The notes under the pieces are model-generated. The model was not told where the DNA came from and did no database searches. It saw nothing but the letters and a program-made list of their open reading frames with translations. From contig SLKJ01000012.1 in NCBI GenBank assembly GCA_007134675.1, forward strand, positions 6,513 through 70,512: a stretch of 64,000 nucleotides of DNA. Reading direction: 5' to 3'. Shown here in pieces: positions 56,645 through 64,000 of this stretch. The position numbers and the translations under genes are program-made. The DNA comes from Bacteroidales bacterium. Lineage in GTDB: Bacteria > Bacteroidota > Bacteroidia > Bacteroidales > PUMT01. Numbering within the stretch: position 1 is the stretch's first letter; each line of letters starts with the position of its first letter.

Positions 56645-58750
56645 ATGAAAAAAAATATAATATCAAGACTCTGTATCTGTGCTATTCTCAGTTTTTATCT
56701 CTTCAGCTTAAACGCACAGGCTCCCTTTATACCTGTAAATCTGAGCTTAGCTATGGACTCTGAATATTCAGAAGTGAACCCTGTAATTTCCGTTGATGGA
56801 AAAACCCTGTTCTTCAGTCGTGTAAATCATCCGGAGAATCGATACGGAGAAAATGATTCCCAGGATGTCTGGTATATATCGCTTCAGGAAGATGGTACAT
56901 GGTCATCTGCACAACGTTTACCGGAAAGTGTAAATATTGGCAGATATAATGCCATCCTTTCAGCACTGGATGACGGGAGATCATACCTGATACTCGGACA
57001 ATTTAATAAAAGGGGTACTCTGCGTACTTCCAACGGATTCTCCATTATTGAGAAAACAGGTGATAACGAGTGGAGCATACCCCAACCAGTCAATGTCAGC
57101 CGATATAACAGGATTAGCAGGGGTAATGTCAGCAGCGCTTATATGACTCCCGATCGTGAGATTATATTACACGCTTTTTCAACAAGGCATAATCGTGACA
57201 GACTATCACTGCACGTTTCAAAACGAGTTAGTGAGAATAACTACTCAAGACCGGAAAAGATTGAGATTGGCAGCTACAACGACATTAAAGCCCAAAGCCT
57301 TGAGGCGCCATTCCTGACAGAGGATAAAAACCGTCTTTACTTCTCCGCCAATTTTGGTGAGGACCGGGATGAACATAGTATTTTTTACGTAGACAGAGTT
57401 GATGAAACCTTCCGGAACTGGACGGCACCAACAAAGGTTTCTGATACTGTTAATACACCTTACTGGGATTCTTACTTCAAAATGAATTCTGATGAGAATA
57501 TAGCATGGTTTAGCTCCACATCCGGCCCTTCTGGCAAAGCCGATATTTTTATGGTAAAACTATTTGAAAAGTTTCCTTTTCTTAAGGTTCAGGGGCAGAT
57601 CGTAGACACATTAACCGGATTGCCCATTCCGTTTACCCGTAATCCTGAAATTCTTATAAATGGTGAGCTATCCGACTCTGTTGTATATGATTACATGTCA
57701 GGATCTTTCCATGCTACCCTTCCGTTAGGTGAGAGCTACACTTTTACCGGAAGGGCTGATAATTTCAAATCAAAATCTGTGAATGTTGATGTAAGCAGTG
57801 AGGAGTTATTTACCGAGAAAGAGATTTTCCTGCATCTTAAATCTGTCCCCTGGGTTGAGTTGAGCGGTAATGTGCTGGATAACAGGTCTTTTACGCCCAT
57901 AAGCTTAGAGTACAGGCCCAGGTTAATTATTAATGGTGAAACTGTCGATTCAATTGATATTGATCCTGTAAACGGCAGTTTTTCTGTCAGGTTGCCATTT
58001 GGGAGAAACTATATCATGGGTGTTGATGCTGATAAGTACAAAACTTTGGATGTTAAAGTTGATCTGACATCATATGAATCCTTTGCTGCCATAACTCAAA
58101 ATGTATTTGCTGAACTGATGGATGTTAATATGGTAACCTTACAGGGGAGAATTATTAATACTAAAACAGGTATGCAACTTGAAGAGGGATATGATGTCAG
58201 GATGCTTGTAAACGGTATTGAATCATCAGCGTTCGAATATGACACTGAAAAGGCCGGTTACATGCTCAGGTTACCGGTGGGGTTTAATTATGATTTGATA
58301 CCAAGGTTGATTAATTTTTACAACAGGCTTGAAACCGTTGATTTAACCAGTGCAGAAAGCATGAGAACAATAAGACGCGATTTCTATGTTACTCCCTTAG
58401 AGATCGGTCAATCTGTTGAGATAGAAAATATTTACTTTGAAACGGGCAGAGCTGTATTAAAACCCGAGTCTTTCCGATCTCTGAATGCTATAGTTGAATT
58501 TCTGAAGGAGTATCCTAATGTAGTTTTGGAGATTGGTGGTCATACCGATAATGTAGGGTCAGCTGAGGTGAATCAGAGAATATCAAATGAGAGGGCCTTT
58601 GCAGTAACTGAGTACGTTGTTTCTCAAGGAATAGGAAAAGAGAGAGTTGTTTCAAAAGGATATGGCTTTTCAAAACCAATAGCCAGTAATACAACAGAGG
58701 AGGGAAGAAGGAGGAACCGGCGCGTTGATTTTACCATAATCGGCTTATAG
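56645..58750 (+). CDS. OmpA family protein with N-terminal PD40 beta-propeller
   Basis: EVNPVISVDGKTLFFSR; NIYFETG, GGHTDNVG, NQRISNERA, GYG, NRRVDF. Confidence 0.92.
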   Translation: MKKNIISRLCICAILSFYLFSLNAQAPFIPVNLSLAMDSEYSEVNPVISVDGKTLFFSRVNHPENRYGENDSQDVWYISLQEDGTWSSAQRLPESVNIGRYNAILSALDDGRSYLILGQFNKRGTLRTSNGFSIIEKTGDNEWSIPQPVNVSRYNRISRGNVSSAYMTPDREIILHAFSTRHNRDRLSLHVSKRVSENNYSRPEKIEIGSYNDIKAQSLEAPFLTEDKNRLYFSANFGEDRDEHSIFYVDRVDETFRNWTAPTKVSDTVNTPYWDSYFKMNSDENIAWFSSTSGPSGKADIFMVKLFEKFPFLKVQGQIVDTLTGLPIPFTRNPEILINGELSDSVVYDYMSGSFHATLPLGESYTFTGRADNFKSKSVNVDVSSEELFTEKEIFLHLKSVPWVELSGNVLDNRSFTPISLEYRPRLIINGETVDSIDIDPVNGSFSVRLPFGRNYIMGVDADKYKTLDVKVDLTSYESFAAITQNVFAELMDVNMVTLQGRIINTKTGMQLEEGYDVRMLVNGIESSAFEYDTEKAGYMLRLPVGFNYDLIPRLINFYNRLETVDLTSAESMRTIRRDFYVTPLEIGQSVEIENIYFETGRAVLKPESFRSLNAIVEFLKEYPNVVLEIGGHTDNVGSAEVNQRISNERAFAVTEYVVSQGIGKERVVSKGYGFSKPIASNTTEEGRRRNRRVDFTIIGL

Positions 58751-58825
58751 TCCGGATTACGTTTCACCGCTCAGGTGAATTAAGAAACAGGGCTCCTAAA
58801 ATATTTTCTTTATGTGATCCCGCTT

Positions 58826-58866
58826 CCTTTCTGCCCGTAAAATTATTAACTTTACGGGCAGAAAGG
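58826..58866. repeat. Perfect 16-bp inverted repeat (9-nt loop)
   Basis: CCTTTCTGCCCGTAAA-ATTATTAAC-TTTACGGGCAGAAAGG. Confidence 0.88.
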
Positions 58867-58875
58867 GGTTTGGTA

Positions 58876-59142
58876 ATGGGATTAATCCGTTTTGCAATTA
58901 TATTTTTCCTGGTATATTTTCTTATCAGTTTGTTTTCCAGGTATGTGCTTCCTTTTATTATGAGGTTTTTTTTCCGCAGGATGTCAGAGAGGGTGAGGAG
59001 AGACCTTGAGAATAAAATGCGTGACAGGAATAAGAGGGAGAGAGAAGGGGAGGTCACAATAAGATACAAACCCCGTGACAGTAAAATTATTACAGAGGAT
59101 GATGGTGAATATATTGATTATGAGGAGTTAGATGACAAATAG
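58876..59142 (+). CDS. DUF4834-like small membrane protein
   Basis: N-terminal TM, EGEVTI, C-terminal GEYIDYEE; precedes yfhO-like gene. Confidence 0.8.
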   Translation: MGLIRFAIIFFLVYFLISLFSRYVLPFIMRFFFRRMSERVRRDLENKMRDRNKREREGEVTIRYKPRDSKIITEDDGEYIDYEELDDK

Positions 59143-59194
59143 CATGCAGATAAAACACCCTTCTCCCGGTACTCCTTAACTCAAACTGTACTTT

Positions 59195-61807
59195 ATGCGA
59201 ATTAAAACAGCACTTAAAGCAATTGCGGGGAAATCGGTTCCTCATTTCATTGCGGTAGTCCTTTTCCTGTTCATATCACTTGCCTATTTCTATCCCCTGC
59301 TTGAAGGAAAGACACTGAAGCAGCCCGACATAATCCAGTTCCGCGGCATGGCCCAGGAGATAGTTGAATACCGGGCGGAGACCGGCGAGGAGGCGTTATG
59401 GACAAACTCCATGTTTGGCGGGATGCCGGCTTATCTGATCTCCATCAGGTATCCCTACAATCTTGTCAGGTATATTGACCGGTTTTTATCACTTGGCCTG
59501 CCCCTGCCGGCAAAATATCTTTTTCTCAGTCTCGTGGGTTTTTATATATTACTACTTGCATTCAGGGTCAATCCATGGCTCAGCCTGGCAGGAGCAATTG
59601 CCTTCAGTTTCTCGACCTATTTTTTTATTATTGAAGCCGCAGGACATAATACCAAGGCTCATGCCATGAGTTATATGGCACCCCTGCTGGCGGGAATTGT
59701 GCTTGCCTTCAGGGGCAAGGTGCTTCTGGGATGTGTACTGACAGGGTTGTTTCTGGCCCTCCAGATCTATGCCAATCATCTTCAGATAACCTATTACACT
59801 TTCCTTATCGTCCTGGTTTACGGCATTTTTGAGATGGTAAATTCCATCAGAAAAAAAATGCTGCCTCAGTTCTTCAGGACTGTCCTGATACTGGCCGTTC
59901 CCGTTATTTTTGCCGTGGGGACCAACTTTACCAATATGTACCTTATATGGGAGTATGGGAAGTATTCGATGCGCGGACCCTCCGAGCTTACCAGCAATGA
60001 GGATGTCCGTACTTCGGGACTGGACAAGGATTATATACTGAATGATTACAGCTACGGCATTGCTGAGACAATGAACCTGTTCATACCCAATTTCAAGGGT
60101 GCTGCTTCCAGTTACGATATCGGAACCAACTCAGAGGTTTACAGGGTGCTTAACCAACAGGGAGTACCGGGAGCCAGAGATATAGTTTCAGGGGCACCCC
60201 TTTACTGGGGAGGGCAGCTTTTTACGGCCGGGCCTGTCTATATAGGGGCCTCGGTTATATTCTTTTTTGTGCTTGGGCTTTTTGTTCTTAAAGGCCGGTA
60301 TAAATGGTGGCTGCTGACTGCTACAATTCTTTCAATTACACTTGCCTGGGGAAAAAATTTCATGTTTCTTTCAGAGCTTTTTATTGACTATTTCCCGGGT
60401 TATGACAGGTTTCGTACCGTTTCGATGACACTTGTCATTGCCCAGCTTACCATTCCTTTGCTGGCAATTCTGGCAATCAGGGAGATAATTCTCAGGGCAA
60501 CTTCCGCAGAAATAAAGGATAAACTGAAAAAATCCCTCTATATCGCTGGTGGTGTTGCACTGTTCTTTGCTCTTATACCTGGATCTGTACTCAGCTTTAC
60601 CGGAGATATTGATCAGCGGCTACTGGCAATGGGCTGGCCTGACTTTCTGGTTGATGCTCTGCAAAAGGACAGGATTAGATTGCTGAGGACCGATGCTTTT
60701 CGTTCGCTTGTTTTTGTTTTACTGGGGGGGGGACTGGTCTGGTTGTTCCTTCTGAATAAAATCCAGGCCAAATGGTTTGCTATTGCTGTTGCCCTTCTGT
60801 TTCTTACAGATCTGTGGTCTGTGGGCAGAAGATTTCTTGACAGCGACGACTTTGTAGCACAGAGGCATGTCACACAGCCATTCCTTCCCAATGAAGCTGA
60901 TGTTATCATCATGAGGGATGATGATCCGCACTACAGGGTATACAACACAACACGAAGTCCTTTTAACGATGCCATAACCTCATTCCATCACAAATCGATC
61001 GGCGGATACCACGGGGCTAAATTGGGCCGTTACCAGGATCTGATTGACTATCATCTGAACCAGCATAATATGGATGTATTTAATATGCTTAATACCAGGT
61101 ACTTCATCCGTCCAGGTGAGGAGGGCAGGCCCCAGCCTTTTCGGAATCCCGATGCACTGGGCAATGCATGGTTTGTTGATAGGGTCAGGATTGTCGAAAA
61201 TCCCGATGAGGAGATTGAAGCGCTTTATGATTTTGATCCTGCCAGGGAAGCGATAGTGGACCGGCGTTTTGAGGATTTCGTAAGGGGTGTGTTACCTTTC
61301 GGGGAAAATGAAACTGAAAACGATGGTGAAACCGGCGACCCTCAAACCGGAGAACTGCAGACCGGCGATCCTCAGACCGACGACCTGCAAACCGTCGAAC
61401 CACAAACCCCCGAACCGCAAACCGACGACCTGCAAACTGATGACCGAATACAGCTTACCAGTTACAGTCCCAATAACCTGAAATACCTTTCAGTGACAGA
61501 TAAAGAGAGAATTGCGGTATTCTCTGAAATATACTATGATGCCGGATGGAGGGCCTATATAAATGGCCAGTACACTGACCATTTCCGGGTCAACTATGTC
61601 CTGAGGGCCATGGTCGTTCCTCCCGGTGAAAATGAGATAGAGTTCAGGTTCAGGCCAAGGGGATATTTTGTCGGAGAATGGATTTCACTTGTAAGCTCTC
61701 TGATGCTGATAATTTTTTCGGTGGGACTTCTGTGGCGGGAGCTGAAGGAGTATTCAGAAGAACACCTGGTAAATACCGGTCAGATTGCTGAACCGGAAAA
61801 AAGTTAA
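59195..61807 (+). CDS. YfhO family polytopic membrane protein (GT-C-like)
   Basis: WTNSMFGGMPAY, AGHNTK, ANHLQITYY, GGYHGAKL.RYQ, FSEIYY.GW, VNYVLRA. Confidence 0.9.
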   Translation: MRIKTALKAIAGKSVPHFIAVVLFLFISLAYFYPLLEGKTLKQPDIIQFRGMAQEIVEYRAETGEEALWTNSMFGGMPAYLISIRYPYNLVRYIDRFLSLGLPLPAKYLFLSLVGFYILLLAFRVNPWLSLAGAIAFSFSTYFFIIEAAGHNTKAHAMSYMAPLLAGIVLAFRGKVLLGCVLTGLFLALQIYANHLQITYYTFLIVLVYGIFEMVNSIRKKMLPQFFRTVLILAVPVIFAVGTNFTNMYLIWEYGKYSMRGPSELTSNEDVRTSGLDKDYILNDYSYGIAETMNLFIPNFKGAASSYDIGTNSEVYRVLNQQGVPGARDIVSGAPLYWGGQLFTAGPVYIGASVIFFFVLGLFVLKGRYKWWLLTATILSITLAWGKNFMFLSELFIDYFPGYDRFRTVSMTLVIAQLTIPLLAILAIREIILRATSAEIKDKLKKSLYIAGGVALFFALIPGSVLSFTGDIDQRLLAMGWPDFLVDALQKDRIRLLRTDAFRSLVFVLLGGGLVWLFLLNKIQAKWFAIAVALLFLTDLWSVGRRFLDSDDFVAQRHVTQPFLPNEADVIIMRDDDPHYRVYNTTRSPFNDAITSFHHKSIGGYHGAKLGRYQDLIDYHLNQHNMDVFNMLNTRYFIRPGEEGRPQPFRNPDALGNAWFVDRVRIVENPDEEIEALYDFDPAREAIVDRRFEDFVRGVLPFGENETENDGETGDPQTGELQTGDPQTDDLQTVEPQTPEPQTDDLQTDDRIQLTSYSPNNLKYLSVTDKERIAVFSEIYYDAGWRAYINGQYTDHFRVNYVLRAMVVPPGENEIEFRFRPRGYFVGEWISLVSSLMLIIFSVGLLWRELKEYSEEHLVNTGQIAEPEKS
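61331..61444. repeat. In-frame 15-bp repeat (about 7.6 copies, TGDPQ/TDDLQ)
   Basis: ACCGGCGACCCTCAA, ACCGGAGAACTGCAG, ACCGGCGATCCTCAG, ACCGACGACCTGCAA... Confidence 0.85.
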
Positions 61808-61858
61808 ACCGGGTCCATATACCGGTCCTGCAGTATTATTAATTTCAAAATCAAGGTC

Positions 61859-62323
61859 ATGCAACCAAAAACAGATCTTAAACAGAAGGAGATTGAAGAT
61901 ATTCTCGACAGGTGTGATGCCTGTTATCTCGGGATGGTAGAAGAGGACGGTGTGCCCTATGTATTACCGTTTAATTTCGGTTACCATGAGGGCAATCTTT
62001 ACCTTCACGGCGGACCCGGTGGAAAAAAGTTTAAGGTGCTCAAGGGAAACAACAGGGCCTGTGCCGCGTTCAGTACTGACCATGAACTGAGGGGAAGGCA
62101 TGAGCATGTTGCCTGCAGTTATTTTATGAAGTACCGCTCTGTCCTCCTGCACGGGTATATCGAGATGATAGAGGATTACGACGAAAAGGTCAGGGCCCTG
62201 AATATCATCATGAAGAAATATACCGGCAAGGGGGATTTCAAGTATAATTCGCCGGCAGTGAACAACGTGCAGACCTTCAGGCTTATGGTTGAAAAGACTG
62301 AAGGACGCTCTTTCGGATATTAA
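61859..62323 (+). CDS. Pyridoxamine 5'-phosphate oxidase-like (NimA-like) flavin-binding protein
   Basis: PYVLPFNFGY, LYLHG..GKK, YRSVLLHG, ALNIIM.KY. Confidence 0.88.
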   Translation: MQPKTDLKQKEIEDILDRCDACYLGMVEEDGVPYVLPFNFGYHEGNLYLHGGPGGKKFKVLKGNNRACAAFSTDHELRGRHEHVACSYFMKYRSVLLHGYIEMIEDYDEKVRALNIIMKKYTGKGDFKYNSPAVNNVQTFRLMVEKTEGRSFGY

Positions 62324-62367
62324 ATTGCCGGGTGTTGCAAGGGGTCTGATTAAATTGCCGGGTGTTG
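62319..62367. repeat. 19-bp direct repeat (30-bp period) at the convergent gene junction
   Basis: ATTAAATTGCCGGGTGTTG at 62319 and 62349. Confidence 0.8.
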
Positions 62368-62403
62368 AATTTCGTTTAAATTATTGAGGGTTTAAATCAG
62401 TTT

Positions 62404-63165
62404 TCACCGGCTTTCATCAGTATTCCTGATCTGCTTTACCAGCCTTGTAGCAAAAACAAAATCGTTCAGTTCCCGGTTTTGGGTATCAAATACCTCTTTA
62501 TTGATCCCTTCCCACCATTTCCGCCCTTCGTGAATGAAAACCACTTTTTCCCCTATCTCCATAACCGAGTTCAGATCATGAGTATTGACGATGGTTGTCA
62601 TGTTGAAATCATCGGTGATATCTTTTATAAGCTTGTCAATCATTATTGCGGTCTGGGGATCAAGACCGCTGTTGGGCTCATCACAGAAAAGGTAGCGGGG
62701 GTTCAGAACTATGGCACGGGCTATGGCAACCCTTTTTTTCATTCCTCCGCTCAGCTCTGAAGGGTATAGTTTGTTTTTCCCCTCAAGATTAACCCTTGTC
62801 AGACAGAAATTGACCCTCTCCTTCTTCTCCGCATTGCTCATGGTGGTGAACATATCGAGCTTGAACCTAACGTTTTCTTCCACGCTAAGTGAATCAAAAA
62901 GTGCAGCACCCTGGAAGAGCATCCCGAATTTCTGCCTCATCTGCTTTTTCTTCTTATTTCCCATGGTGGTGAAGCACTGACCGCTGTAGAAAATATCTCC
63001 GCTGTCAACCCCGAGCAGCCCAACAATGCATTTTAACAGGACGGTCTTTCCCGATCCGCTCTTTCCAATTATCAGGTTTGTTTTGCCCTGCTCAAACCCG
63101 ACCGAGATGTCATGCAGTATCTGCTGGTCATCAAATGATTTGTTTATGTTGCGGACTTCAATCAT
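62404..63165 (-). CDS. mlaF: MlaF-type ABC transporter ATP-binding protein
   Basis: GKSGSGKT, GMLFQGAALFDSL, LSGGMKKRVAIARA, DEPNSGLDP. Confidence 0.88.
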   Translation of the reverse strand: MIEVRNINKSFDDQQILHDISVGFEQGKTNLIIGKSGSGKTVLLKCIVGLLGVDSGDIFYSGQCFTTMGNKKKKQMRQKFGMLFQGAALFDSLSVEENVRFKLDMFTTMSNAEKKERVNFCLTRVNLEGKNKLYPSELSGGMKKRVAIARAIVLNPRYLFCDEPNSGLDPQTAIMIDKLIKDITDDFNMTTIVNTHDLNSVMEIGEKVVFIHEGRKWWEGINKEVFDTQNRELNDFVFATRLVKQIRNTDESR

Positions 63166-63902
63166 GAGAGGAGCAGTTGGGTTAGTATCAGGTTAAACAG
63201 CAGTATCACAACACTGCTGTGCACCACGGCCATGGTGCTTGAGCGTCCCACCTCAAGGGCGCCTCCCCTGGTAAAATAACCGTGGTAGGATGAAACCGTG
63301 GTAATGATGAATGCGAAAACCACCGATTTGATGAGCGAATAGGTGATGTAGTAGGGGATAAAGGCATACTGGATCCCGTAAATATAGTCCGGCGTGGTGA
63401 CCACTCCAACTGCTGTGCCTGCGATCCACCCGCCGAAGATGCCGATCATCATGCTGAGTACAGAAAGAAAGGGGGCGAAGATCATTAAAGCAATGATCTT
63501 GGGCAGAATCAGGTATCCGGCCGAATTGACCCCCATTATCTCCAGGGCGTCTATCTGCTCGGTAATCCTCATGGTGCCTATTTCAGAGGCAATGTTTGAC
63601 CCTACTTTCCCGGCAAGTATGAGTGCCACAATAGTGCTTGAAAATTCAAGCAGTATGGAGTCGCGTGCAGCAAGTCCGATCAGGTATGTAGGTAGGAGGG
63701 GGCTCTCGGTGTTGTAGGCCGTCTGAATGGTTATGACCGCCCCCATAAAAAAGGAGATGATCGCTACTATGCCGGTTGAGTTAATACCAAGGACCTCCAT
63801 CTCCCTGATAAGCCGCGAATAATAGATGCTGTGCTTTTCAGGCCTGGCAAAAGCCCTTTTTATCAGAAGGGTATATCTTCCTATGTGATGCAGAAGGGTC
63901 AT
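63162..63902 (-). CDS. mlaE: MlaE-type ABC transporter permease
   Basis: AGKVGSNIASEIGTMRITEQIDALEIMG, GGALEVGRSST. Confidence 0.92.
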   Translation of the reverse strand: MTLLHHIGRYTLLIKRAFARPEKHSIYYSRLIREMEVLGINSTGIVAIISFFMGAVITIQTAYNTESPLLPTYLIGLAARDSILLEFSSTIVALILAGKVGSNIASEIGTMRITEQIDALEIMGVNSAGYLILPKIIALMIFAPFLSVLSMMIGIFGGWIAGTAVGVVTTPDYIYGIQYAFIPYYITYSLIKSVVFAFIITTVSSYHGYFTRGGALEVGRSSTMAVVHSSVVILLFNLILTQLLLS

Positions 63903-64000
63903 TGTCGGGAATCACAATTATCAGGTTTGAATTTGACCGGTCGTCAATAAGGTGCATGGAATGCCTCATATTGCAACTGATGTAAAAATAGTAATTTTTT

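Overview
64-kb chromosomal window from a Bacteroidota (Bacteroidales-like) genome, judged from TAnnTTTG promoters, a T9SS type-B substrate plus PorP/SprF, and a gldA-like gene. It holds about 44 CDS. I found no rRNA, tRNA, CRISPR array or mobile element. Content in order: a Crp/Fnr regulator and a five-gene PAS/two-component cluster (1-6 kb); a surface-glycan-associated block (wecB, S9 peptidase, DUF1080, cysQ, DUF354, nucleotidyltransferase, RRE/PqqD-HprK-like kinase fusion, sugar transferase); housekeeping genes (zupT, trpS, rbfA, lolE-like, rpoN, asnS, ppk2, metK, fabH, mlaE/F); a SprB-like adhesin with PorP; and an envelope operon carrying a tandemly duplicated lipoprotein plus DUF5723 beta-barrel pair. 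The most notable signals are: (i) a SAM-II riboswitch before metK whose 3' end contains the AUG of a 26-codon leader ORF ending 1 nt before the metK start; (ii) orphan lasso-type tailoring genes in a glycan locus; (iii) the duplicated lipoprotein/barrel module; (iv) a kinase-less PAS protein and a neighbouring histidine kinase with possibly complementary helical motifs; (v) a hemerythrin with altered iron ligands under a Crp/Fnr-like box; (vi) recurrent in-frame 15-bp repeat expansions. All family calls come from recognising motifs by eye, not from database searches.
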